Positions 53,501 through 64,000 of a stretch of 64,000 nucleotides of DNA are shown here, in pieces. The position numbers and the translations under genes were made by a program. The DNA comes from Vulcanimicrobiota bacterium (GTDB taxonomy: Bacteria > Vulcanimicrobiota > Vulcanimicrobiia > Eremiobacterales > Eremiobacteraceae), in contig CAWETU010000001.1 in NCBI GenBank assembly GCA_963812135.1, forward strand, positions 2,306,121-2,370,120, in the 5' to 3' direction. Below the pieces are notes generated by a model. The model worked only from the letters and a program-made list of their open reading frames with translations, was not told the origin of the DNA and searched no databases. Every line of letters starts with the position of its first letter. Position 1 is the stretch's first letter.

Positions 53501-54960
53501 TTCAGCACTCCTGCACGGCGAAGCCATGATTCGATCCCGCCGATGAACTCGTGGACCTGGATGCCAAGGATCGGCAGGATCGGGTCGAAATAGAAACCGC
53601 GATTCAACAAGACGTATCCCCCAGTGACTGCCAACGCGACGATCAGCAACGATGCCGATATCATGGCGGTGCGATGCGCTAAATAGAAGTACATCATGCT
53701 GACGAGGATGATGAGACACGCGTCGATGCCGTACCGCAGATACCATGGCGCTTCGCGGATGTGGTCGTCGTGGAGCAAGGCGTTGATGGCGTTGAGCAAC
53801 ACGACGGTCCCCGGCATCTCACCGAGCGGCGTTTGATGCACGTCTGGGTTGTCCGCGTACGTTCCGCCGATCACGACGATCTTCCCCCGGAGCAAGGCTG
53901 GGTTGAAGCGTTGCGCCGGGTCGACGTCGGTGATCTCCCACGCGGGGACGACGACGGCGAGCCGCGATCCTTTTTGGCGCGTTGAACCTTCGGGCGTCCA
54001 GCCGAAGCGATAGAAAAATCTTCGTTCGAGGTCGCTGGTGGTCAGCTCGAGCGGGTAACCGACATCGACGGTGATGCTGGCGTGGGGCATCTGCGCGCGG
54101 AGCAGCGCGGTGGGCTGCGCGCCGACGGGTAGACAGCGAGGCGCCAGATCAACGTCCAGCGCTCGCTGCAGTTTTACGAGATCTTTGCCGTTGTAGGCCG
54201 CCACTGCGAGCATCTCCGCCGAGGGAAGCGCATGACCTTGCAGCCGTTCGCAGACCGGCTCCCACAAGCGCCAGCCGCGAACCATCGAGTCGGCGTCGAC
54301 GTGGAAGGTTGCGGTTCCGAACGCGACTGCGTTTGAGTCGCGTCCGATCGGGTCGAGGAACGATGGTTGCGGTTCGTGCGCAGGCGCGCCATTTGGATAG
54401 ATGTCCGTCCTTGATGTGCGCACGGCACGCGTGAGAATGATCGGGGGACAACCGCCTTGTGCTTCTGGGCAATTGGCGCCGTATTCGTATGCGAGCAGGT
54501 AGACGGCGAGAACTTCGTCTGCGTTTTTGGGTGGCTTGGCGAGCGCGCTCTGCTTGGTGGTCGAGTCGCAGGTTAGCGCGTTGCGCTGTGCCGGGCCTGG
54601 AACGCTGAGGTCGATGTCGACGACGATCGCGCGCGCTTGGGCGCGCGCCGAATAGTCGATGAGGCGGCAGAGCTTATCGCGCGGCGTGTAGTACGGCGAC
54701 CCCCACGAGTTGACGTGGGTGTGGTCGTCGATGTTTATGAATGCGAGGCTCGCGCCGATGTCGGTGCCGGCGAACTGGCTGATCTGCCAGGTGAGCATCG
54801 TGTCGCGAAGCGATGAGACCACGACGGTGGTCTCGATGGGAGTTAGCAGCAGCGAGATCACGGCGCCGATCAGGATGTTGAGCGCGAAGTCGCGCTGGCG
54901 ATCGGAAAGAGCCCGCCACCATTGAAGGATGCGGTGCCGCAGAAGCGGCCGGCTTGCCAT
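53497..54960 (-). CDS. CHASE2-domain membrane protein without cytoplasmic output domain
   Basis: FINIDD...W...PR..L..LI...A.AI.VDID; D.D..VR; L.GKIVVIG.T....D.H.TPLG.MPG....NAI; three C-terminal TM helices. Confidence 0.85.
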   Translation of the reverse strand: MASRPLLRHRILQWWRALSDRQRDFALNILIGAVISLLLTPIETTVVVSSLRDTMLTWQISQFAGTDIGASLAFINIDDHTHVNSWGSPYYTPRDKLCRLIDYSARAQARAIVVDIDLSVPGPAQRNALTCDSTTKQSALAKPPKNADEVLAVYLLAYEYGANCPEAQGGCPPIILTRAVRTSRTDIYPNGAPAHEPQPSFLDPIGRDSNAVAFGTATFHVDADSMVRGWRLWEPVCERLQGHALPSAEMLAVAAYNGKDLVKLQRALDVDLAPRCLPVGAQPTALLRAQMPHASITVDVGYPLELTTSDLERRFFYRFGWTPEGSTRQKGSRLAVVVPAWEITDVDPAQRFNPALLRGKIVVIGGTYADNPDVHQTPLGEMPGTVVLLNAINALLHDDHIREAPWYLRYGIDACLIILVSMMYFYLAHRTAMISASLLIVALAVTGGYVLLNRGFYFDPILPILGIQVHEFIGGIESWLRRAGVLK

Positions 54961-55104
54961 GACGCGGCCTACTGCCCTTTTGCGCCGATGTCCTGGAAAA
55001 GGTCGCGTTTAAGGACGCACGGCTATAATGAGAACTATGGGAGGGTTTGGTGTTTTGGGGCTGCGTGTTGGGGCGGCCGGCGCGTCGCGCGCAAGTGCAT
55101 GCGA

Positions 55105-58100
55105 TGAAGCATGTGGCCGCAGCTCCTCCTTGCTAGATCGTCGCCCCGTTGGTCGCTAATGCTCCCGGACTGGATCGGAACAGTCACGCTGACGGGGGAG
55201 TGGGCACACTCGCGCAGATCTGTGTGGATTTCAAGAATGCGTTGATCTCGGTCGAGAGAAGATAGTACGGATCAACAGCGCTTATTGAAGTATTTCACCG
55301 TGAAGACAGCGTTGGACGGCCACTCCGATTCGACGCTCCGCATGGTCGGGTACGAAGCCGACTGTGCACTCGGGAGCTACGCGGGTTAGGCACGCTGAGG
55401 GCGGGACTGTCGGATATATAGCGCAACCGTCTAGATCAAGACCTATCGTGGACTTTACAGACCGAGCGGATCAGCTAGAGCATCACAGATGGCGGTCAGA
55501 TGAATCTCAAGCCGAGGCTTTTCATCTCCTAGAACATCGAGCTCGATCTGACCTCGCTGCGCGAGCGCTAGGATGACTACAGAAGGTGGAGGAAAGATGC
55601 TGACGGTGCGCATCGATAAAGTGGACGTTTCCGACTGGTATTCCAGCGAGGACAGGCCTCAGGCACCTTCGATCCAAGTGAGACTATCGCGCAAATATAT
55701 AGAGAAAAACTTCTGGGTCGCTTGCAAAGACAGCCACTCTTCGCTCCAGCCCGGCGTGTTACCCGCTCACGGCAATCTGAGACTGACGGCGAAACGAACT
55801 CGAATCTCGGACGTACGCGCCGCTGCAATTCTAAGGGATTGCGGTACATGACAGATCCCGATACTGTCGGTAGGGCGTTTCACAAACGGCGATCGATATG
55901 TGACCTTCAACAACGACGTGGACGCCGATTCGGCGGCCAAGAACATCCGTGTGCCGGACCTGTCGGTACTGCGCACCCGATCACCACGTACGTCGAGCAG
56001 TCGCGCTTCGACACTATACTGAGGCGCTCGTGCCGCGGACCACCTACACGCTGCACATCACACCACAGTTGGAAGACGTGTACGCTCAGCTGCTCGGGCA
56101 GCCCGCGGAGGCGACTTTCCACACCGATGATTATTCACCGTCGCTTGCTGTGCTAGAAGGATTCAACATACTCCCACCAGATGCGCCGCGTGTTAGGGAT
56201 CCGGACCATCATCTACCAGACGAAGATATTACGCTGCCTATCAAGTCTATAGGCCGACGGAGCTCGAAGTCGCGATGAGCTAGCGGGTTCGTGGAACGAC
56301 TCTAGGGATAACTAGCTCGGCGTGCTGAGACGAGGAGATCCTATAGAGACCGCGGAACGCTCAACGAGACGGTCGATGTAGATTTGCTAGCGCAGAACAA
56401 CATCGGCGCTGTACGGCGTGTACGCATACGGCGTCGGCGCGAAGATCTTCGACTACGAGGATCGCTGCAGCACCTCCACGATCCGTACGCGCTATACGGA
56501 GCGCTCGAGCTGACGAACTAAGGGGATCTACGCGCAGAGGATGCCGGATGGCGGCTTTGTTTCGGTTCACCATTTGACGGATGGGTCGCCGGCAGCCAAT
56601 GCCTCGATCGAGATCTAACGCTGGGAAAGCCGACGCTGAGCACGACTGCTGTGACCGGCGTCGATGGCGTTGCTATGATGGGACTCGATCAGCTGGGCAG
56701 TTGCTTGATCAGAGCCGAACGTTCAAAACCGCGCCGAAGATGTTGATCATCGTGCGCGAAGGGCAAGATTGGGCGTTCGTGCGCATGGACGGGTCGGATT
56801 ATACGCACCCCGCTCAATTCGGATGGTGGGATGACACGCCGCGTTCGGCGCTCTACACGGATCGACAGCTCTACCAACCTGGCGAAACTGTGAATTTCAC
56901 CGGCGTGGTCTACTATCTCGAGGGCGGGGTGCTTTGCCGCCGCTGCCCGAGACTTCTAGTTAACGCTGACGGCGCCGGACCAAACGACGACGGATTTGGG
57001 CGTGTTTCATACCGATGTCTTGGTACGTCAGCTCGACGCTCCATTTGAATGCCGATCAAAGACTCGGACATTACGTGATACAAACGGCGATAGGAAGATC
57101 CGCGGTGAGTTCGACGTGCAAGAGTAAAAGATGAAGAACTACAGCGTAGATCTCAAAGACAACTATGCGATCGCATTGGCCGGTCAGCGCGTCGAAACGA
57201 CGATAGACCACGTCGTACTTGTTCGGCACACCGGTAGTCAATGCGACTGCGCGCTTCCTGGTGAACCGCGAGTTGACATATTTCGCGCCGCAGGTCGCGA
57301 TGAATACTGGTTCGGGCCCAGTTACATCGACACAGATACTACGCCGGCGCTTCCAGAGATAGCGCAACTGCCAGCTCAGACAACTGACATCGCCGGGCAT
57401 ACGAAGACGTCATTGTTGATCGAGTCGGAACTGCTGTACGCGGTGCGCTACTCTATCGATAGCGAGATCTCAGACGTATCGAACCAGAGCGTCGCTGGCT
57501 ATCAAACTATCGTGGCGCTGCAGAGCGGCTGGCTGATCGGGCTTGCCGCCGATCGGATCGTCGAGTCCGGGAAAAAGTTCGATGTCCGGGTCGTGGTGGT
57601 GGATCCGGAGGGCCATGCGCTGCAGGGCGTGCCAGTGCGCGAGGAGCTCCAAGCGGAGCGTTTCGATGAGGATGCGCGCGGTAAGGCGCGGGCGACCTAT
57701 GTGGCGGTGGATCACGTCGACATTCGAGCACGAGTATGGCGACGAAGATCGCGCTCACGCCGCCCAAGGGCGGTCCGTATCGCGTGTTGGCTACCGCGTT
57801 GGGTGCGGCTACGTCACTGGGCCGGTCTGATATCTACGCGTGGGCCGCGGGCAACGAGGTCGAGTCTAGGGCAACGGTGATCCGAGGGCAAGACGATCAG
57901 TTGCAGATCGTGCTCGACAAATCCACCTATCGCATCGGCAATACAGCGACTGCACTGATCAAGAGCGCGTAAGATCAGCGACGATGTACTTCGCGGTTTT
58001 GCGTCGCAAGATATTCACTAACAGTTCACGACAGTGGATGCGCGTGGCAAGACGATGCGCTTCACCGTGACCGCCGATATGCTGCCGAACGCGGTCGTCG

Positions 58101-60722
58101 AGGCCGTGCTCGTACAGCGCGGACCTCACACTGCTGGCGCTGATGCAGCCCACGCTCAACTCACGCGAGTCGGATTTGTGCCCTTCCACGTGAAGCTCGA
58201 TGATCGGTACTTGAAGGTCGCGGTCCTGCCTGCAAATGCGTAAACAGCGCCGGGCACCAGACAGTCGGTGGATCTGCGGTTGAGCGATTACGCCGGCAAG
58301 CCAGTCTCGGGGCAGTTCACGGTGATGGTGGTGAACGATGACATCCTGCAACTGACGGGTTATCGGCCGCCTGACCTTGTGCAAGCGATGTATGCGGACT
58401 TCCCGGTCCCTCTCGTCTATGGGAACAACCACACGCACGTCACGCCCCCGATGCCGGTCAAGACGTTGGGCACGGTGACCTTGCGCAGCGCCGCCGGTTT
58501 GGTCTGGCTGGGCCTCACTGAAGACAGGTATACAGTCACCAGCACCAGCGCGGCTGCAACGCCGCCGCCGGCGAATTCGAGCAGCCCGATCAGGCTGCGT
58601 CATGTCTTTTTGCCGATCGCCTTGTATCGCGGGGCGGTTTCGTCAGACGCTCGCGGGCATGCGCGCGTCCAGTTCACGTTGCCAGATGATCTCACCAGGT
58701 GGCGAGTGATGGCGGTGGCGATCGGGGAAAGCGAGAGCGCACTCCCTGCAGACGTGCGGTTCGGCAATGGCGAGGCTACGTTCGTCACGACGAAACCGCT
58801 GCTCGCGAATCCGCTTGTGCCGCAATTCGTCAGGCCGGGCGATCGCTTCAGTTCGGGAATCGCGGTGACTAACCAGGCTCGAGGGTCGGGTCCGCTCGAT
58901 ATCGACGACGTGCTGTTAGGACCTTTGTACTTCGCGTCGGGCGGCGGGCTGTCGCAGACGCATTCTTTGCGGACGGCGTTGGAGCCCAATACGTCGTAGT
59001 ATCGCTTCCCGATGGTGGCGCGGAGCGTCGGTACCGGCTCGTTGCGCTTCACCGCGCGAAAGGCACGCGAAGGCGATGCGTTTGAAATCCCGTTGAATTC
59101 CGAGCTGCTCGAGGTGACAGAGCAAGCGGTCGAAGTCGGCGTAACTTCAGGGCGCGTAACGATACCGGTTGACGTGGGCCATGGTGTCGTGGCGGACGCG
59201 GGCGGTCTTGACATCACGATGGCCAGCTCTGTGGTCGCCGACATCGTGCCGGCGGCGCAGGCATCGATCGAGACGTGGGATTACCCGTTCTTATAGCCGA
59301 TAGCGTCCAGGCTCGCGATCGCGTCCGATCTCCAAGTGTTGTCGCGGCGGTATGGGAACGTGAGCGGCATCGATCTCGCTGCGTTAGTGGCGTCAGATTT
59401 AGGGCGCGTCGAGCTGCTGCAGTTGTCGGATGGCGGCTTTGCCGGGTGGCCCGGCGGCCAGCGCTCGCAACCGTTCGAGTCAGCGTACCTCGCCGAGTGC
59501 TTCGGCCGCGTGGGCCGTGCGAGATTCAAGGTCGATCTGACTATGAAATCGCTGTTACGCGACTATCTCGGAAATATGCTGGAGCACCCCAATTGGTTCG
59601 ATGCCTACTCGATCAGTCTTGAGTTCGTCGCGTACTTTCGTTTTGCGATACTGCGAGGTCTTGACGGGCTGGGGGACAAGCGTGATAGCTACCTGGAGTC
59701 AATCTACGGCTATAGAGGGCGTTTCAGCTACGCGACCCGACGCGCTAAGCGAGATATCTATAAGGGAAAACGGCATGGCGGGCGCAAGGCGTAGCGCTGG
59801 CGGGTGAGCTGCGCAAGAGCAACTAAGACACGGGGCGGTATGCGGCTGTCAACGTACGAAGAGCGTAGGACGAGGTAAGACTACACAGCGGCGCTGCAAT
59901 CCGAGGCGCTAGAGCTGTACAACACCGCGGGTGATGATATGGAGACGCTAGACAGATAAGCGCAGAGAAAGCTGACGTAGCGACACAATGGCAACTGGCG
60001 AAACTCATATGACAACGCGGAGGCGCTCGGAGAGCTGGTAGACTACAGCGAACTCGAGGCGACGACGCCGAGTTAATCAGCCAGAGCGGATTAGAGGGGA
60101 CGACCATAGCCTCGAGCACGTACAATGGCTATGCGAATGCGGTGCGCAACATACATGTGGCTATGGCGCGCCTGCCGCACGGTCGCAATGACCTTCTCGT
60201 TGGGAAGACGGGTCAAGGCACACCTGCAAAATGTGATCGCGTAAAGGTATCGATAGAAGAAAAAACAGCCGGGACGGCTGGCTGGGCTGCGGATCACGCG
60301 TAAGGTGCATCTCGCGAAAAGGAAAGCGACGATTGCGGAGATCGGTCTTGCTGCGCCAGCCAGACGCTTTCGCTGGGTGCCGCGCAGACGTACGACATCG
60401 GCCTTCAGATCACCACTGATCACACGGTGGACCACGTGTTGATCCACCGATCCGCTGCCGGCCGGTTTCGAGGCGCTCAACGAGCTTCCGCACGGCCGAG
60501 TCTCTTCCGCTCGCAGCCCCGCACTTGGAGATCTACTACACCGATCTCCATCGCGATCGCGTGTTCGCATACGCCGACCATCTCGACACGGGGATCCATA
60601 CGTCGCACTATCTCGTGCGCGCGGTGACGCCGGGCATGTTCGTCTGCCCTGGAGCTCACGTCGAGCTCGACTATGCGCCCGAAGAATTCGGCCGCTGCGC
60701 TTCGTCGCTGTTACGGATCTAA
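55105..60722 (+). pseudogene. Alpha-2-macroglobulin family protein, many frameshifts and stops (pseudogene or low-quality sequence)
   Basis: LPDWI; LYTDRQLYQPGETV.F; LDK.TY.IG; V..DMLPNA.V; F.LPDDLT.WRVMAVA; PQF.RPGD.F; Q.SDGGF..W; DPLPAGFEA; YLVRAVTPG.F..P.A. Confidence 0.85.
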
Positions 60723-60736
60723 TGCGTAGAAATAAG

Positions 60737-60763
60737 AACGGCCGCACTAAATGCGGCCGTTTT
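60737..60763. terminator. Bidirectional intrinsic terminator
   Basis: AACGGCCGCA-CTAAA-TGCGGCCGTT between convergent genes. Confidence 0.75.
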
Positions 60764-60766
60764 GAC

Positions 60767-61006
60767 CTATCGCTCATAACTGCTTCGCCGGCTACCGTCG
60801 TATTTGCCAGAGCGCATGCAGCAGTTCTTGAAACCGCCGGCCGGAGCCACACGGGCAGAGATCGTTCCGTCCTAGCTTCTCTACTAGTTCCTTGTCAACA
60901 TGAACTAGCCTAAAAGCCGCGCTTGACGTGCGTCTCTGAAGGGAAGCCCTTGCGCCGCTTACTGCTGCGCTGGAAAGGAATCTTCAGGCTTATGTTTGGT
61001 GCTCAT
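60767..61006 (-). CDS. Small SEC-C motif protein, about three single-base frameshifts
   Basis: Hand translation: [15 protein letters not shown]...[33 protein letters not shown]; not in ORF track. Confidence 0.7.
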
Positions 61007-61016
61007 GAGTAAGTCC

Positions 61017-61056
61017 TCAAAGAGCCGGCCGCGTGTTACCGCGATCGGCTCTTTGA
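61017..61056 (-). terminator. rRNA operon terminator hairpin
   Basis: TCAAAGAGCCG.CGCG...CGCG..CGGCTCTTTGA directly after 5S. Confidence 0.65.
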
Positions 61057-61061
61057 AAGTA

Positions 61062-61180
61062 TTCCGGCGCCTACCTACTCTCCCACAGACCCTGCGGTCT
61101 GAGTACCATTGGCGTTAGTGGGCTTAACTGCCGTGTTCGGAATGGGAACGGGTGTTGCCCCACCACTATAAGCACCGGAA
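61062..61180 (-). rRNA. rrf: 5S rRNA
   Basis: Minus strand ACACCCGTTCCCATTCCGAACACGGCAGTTAAGC...GGGAGAGTAGGT; paired ends TTCCGG/CCGGAA. Confidence 0.95.
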
Positions 61181-61598
61181 ATTTTTAGGGGCGAGCGGCG
61201 AGCCCTGAGGCCCGCATGCCATTGCTCCCTGAAAACTGCATAACGATATACGTCACGAACGAAACTTACCAGCTTTGCCGCTTGATGATTCCAAAGAGCG
61301 AATAACTCTCCGACTTATTAGTACCGGTCAGCTGCGCGCATTACTGCGCTTCTACCTCCGGCCTATCACCTGGTGGACTACCAGGAGTCTTCACCTTGCG
61401 GATCCAGACCTTATCTTGGAGTCTGCTTCACGCTTAGATGCTTTCAGCGTTTATCAGATCCGGACGTGGCTACCCGGCTCTGCCACTGGCGTGACAACCG
61501 GTTCACTAGCGGTCCGTCCAACCCGGTCCTCTCGTACTAGGGTCAGCGCTCCTCAAGTCTGTAACGCCCACAGCGGATAGGGACCGAACTGTCTCACG

Positions 61599-61885
61599 CA
61601 TGTTCTTCCCACCATTCCTGGTGGCATAGACTATATCTTCATCCTGATTGATTTGATCAGGAGTCGGCGTGTGATGGCGGCCGTAGATTTATCGCATCGC
61701 TGCGACAGTGACCATCCATCTCAGAGCTCGCGCTCTTCAGTCGTTACGGGGTCAAGGCACGTTCTGTTCGTGCCCGACTTCCCTCGGTATTACCCCGTCA
61801 GCGTCGGTCGATGCTGACGTCGGGTTTCACCGATATAGCCGATGTACATCCTCCAATTGCTCGGAGGAGACGCAGTGTTTTCTCT
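61599..61885 (-). ncRNA. Group I intron at L2593 (IA3-like), 287 nt, no ORF
   Basis: Splits GAACGU|CGUGAGAC; P1 ACGUAG/CUGCGU with U-G; R CCGUAACGACU, S AAGAUAUAGUC; P7.1/P7.2; terminal G. Confidence 0.92.
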
Positions 61886-61969
61886 ACGTTCTGAACCCAG
61901 ATCGCGTACCGCTTTAATTGGCGAACAGCCAAACCCTTGGGACCTACTACAGCCCCAGGATGCGACGAT

Positions 61970-62004
<35 letters not shown>

Positions 62005-62005
62005 G

Positions 62006-62297
62006 CAATCTACAATCACTTGTAGCTTAGACTATACCTTCATCTCTTTCGAGATGGTGACGTGTTATGGAAGTGATAGATTTGCGTCTTGCGACGCAGC
62101 GCTTCCATCTCTCGCGCGCTGGCGAGAAGTCGTTACAGGGACCGCGCAATCCATCGTCTCGGTCGAATAAATCCGACCGCTACATTAGGATCAATGATGC
62201 GCTGGTCTTCCCTCGGTATTGCCCTTGCCGTGCAAGGGTTCCACCGATATGAGTCACTGATCGCCCACTCGATCGCTCGAGTGGCGAGCCCAAATTG
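62006..62297 (-). ncRNA. Group I intron at L2473 (IA3-like), 292 nt, no ORF
   Basis: Splits CCCAAGAGU|CCACAUCGAC; P1 GAGUC/GGCUC with U-G; AUCGGUGGAA, AAUACCGAGG, CUGUAACGACU, GGUAUAGUC; terminal G. Confidence 0.9.
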
Positions 62298-62346
<49 letters not shown>

Positions 62347-62507
62347 AAGCGATGGCTCTTCCATTCAAAACCACCGGATCACTTAGCCCGACTTTCGTCC
62401 CTGCTCGACATGTACGTCTCGCAGTTAAGCCGACTTCTGCCTATGCACTCTTACGGTTGATTTCCGACCAACCTGAGTCGACCTTTGGGCGCCTCCGTTA
62501 CTCTTTG

Positions 62508-62542
<35 letters not shown>

Positions 62543-62820
62543 CATGTCCTCCAGCCGGATCACGGCTGCTAGTTAGATTCCCGAAACCGACAGAGTGGTA
62601 TCTCAAGGTCGGCTCCATCGCACCCGAAGATGCGACTTCAGCGTCTCCCACCTATCCTGCGCAGTCAATTTCAAAAATCAAGATCAGGGTACAGTAAAGC
62701 TCCACGGGGTCTTTCCGTCCTGCTGCGGGTAACGGGCATCTTCACCCGTATTGCAACTTCGCCGAGCCCCCCATTGAGACAGTGCCCAAGTCGTTACGCC
62801 ATTCGTGCAGGTCGGAACTT

Positions 62821-63162
<342 letters not shown>

Positions 63163-63680
63163 TACCGTTATAGTTACGGCAGCCGTTTACTGGGGCTTCG
63201 ATTCAAAGCCTCGCCTTGCGGCTAACCTCTCCTCTTAACCTTCCAGCACCGGGCAGGCGTCAGCCCCTATACGTCCGCTTTCGCGTTCGCAGAGACCTGT
63301 GTTTTTGTTAAACAGTCGCTCGGGCCATTTCACTGCGACCCTTTCGCGCCGCTACAGCAAGTGCGCGTACGCTACTAGGGCACCCCTTTTCCCGAAGTTA
63401 CGGGGCTAATTTGCCGAGTTCCTTAACAGGGGTTCTCTCGTCGCCTTGGCATGCTCTGCCAGTCTACCAGTGTCGGTTTGCGGTACGGGTATCGATGACC
63501 CTTGCTAGACGCTTTTCTTGGCAGTTGAGTATCGTCCACTTCGCCGCCTTGCGTTGGCTCGTATTCACACCTCGGGCTTCGGTCTGAACCGGATCGCGGA
63601 TTTCCCTACGATCCACCCTATATGCTTGAACACCCATCCGATAGGGTGCTGGACTAACTTCCTGCGTCACGCCTTCGCTT

Positions 63681-63740
63681 CTCGATCTCGCCCCTTAGCG
63701 ATACGTCGTTTGCACGGCGTAGCGATTAAGAGGAAGATCA
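63681..63740 (-). other. About 60-nt hairpin insertion in 23S helix 54 (H54a-like)
   Basis: GAUCUU.CCUCUUA..CGCUACGCCGU-GCAA-ACGACGUA.CGC.UAAGGGG..AGAUC just before GCGAAGGCGUGACGCAGG. Confidence 0.65.
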
Positions 63741-64000
63741 AACGGGGTCGCTAGTAGCCGAGTATTAACGGCTTATCCATCGCCTACGCTTCTCAGCCTC
63801 GGCTTAGGTCCCGACTAACCCTGAGATGATAAACAGCGCCCAGGAAACCTTAGACTTACGGCGGTGGGGTTTCTCACCCCACTTAACGCTACTAATTCCG
63901 GCATTCGCACTTCTGGTTCGTCCAGGTGTCCTCGCGGTCACCCTTCAGCCTACAACAGAACGCTCCCTTACCAAATGAGATCTTGCGATCTCAAGTCCGT

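Noticed and set aside
57960..59300. Stop-codon reassignment suggested by in-frame TAG/TAA in A2M
   Set aside because: Both TAG and TAA occur, only in this damaged gene; other genes terminate normally at TAG, TAA and TGA
61895..61910. Linezolid-resistance G2576U
   Set aside because: Counting shows the change is at 2578, compensated at 2510; G2576 is intact

Overview
GC-rich bacterial window. Gene content and style suggest Candidatus Eremiobacterota/WPS-2 or a similar soil lineage; this is inference only. The assembly looks error-prone: many single-base frameshifts in otherwise intact genes, a poly-C tract near 6.1-6.35 kb, and two scrambled segments inside an alpha-2-macroglobulin gene. Left to right: a truncated HTH + Mrr-like nuclease; a secreted OB-fold-like protein with a membrane patatin; several secreted proteins and lipoproteins, one with Hcp-like motifs; three toxin-antitoxin pairs and two Uma2 nucleases; a SARP/BTAD-STAND regulator flanked by two promoters sharing an 11-bp-period direct repeat; a sulfatase; a peptide ABC binding protein; a YciI/ECF42 sigma module whose promoter motif recurs three times; a form I CO dehydrogenase cluster (coxMSLG + XdhC-YHS); five VOC genes and an HxlR-SCP2 regulator with a thrice-repeated palindrome; a CHASE2/secreted protein/secreted TPR-CHAT protease operon divergent from a damaged alpha-2-macroglobulin; and the 3' part of an rRNA operon on the minus strand. 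The 23S rRNA carries three ORF-less group I introns (E. coli-equivalent sites L1951, L2473, L2593), an H54a-like insertion and compensatory changes in H69 and H90.
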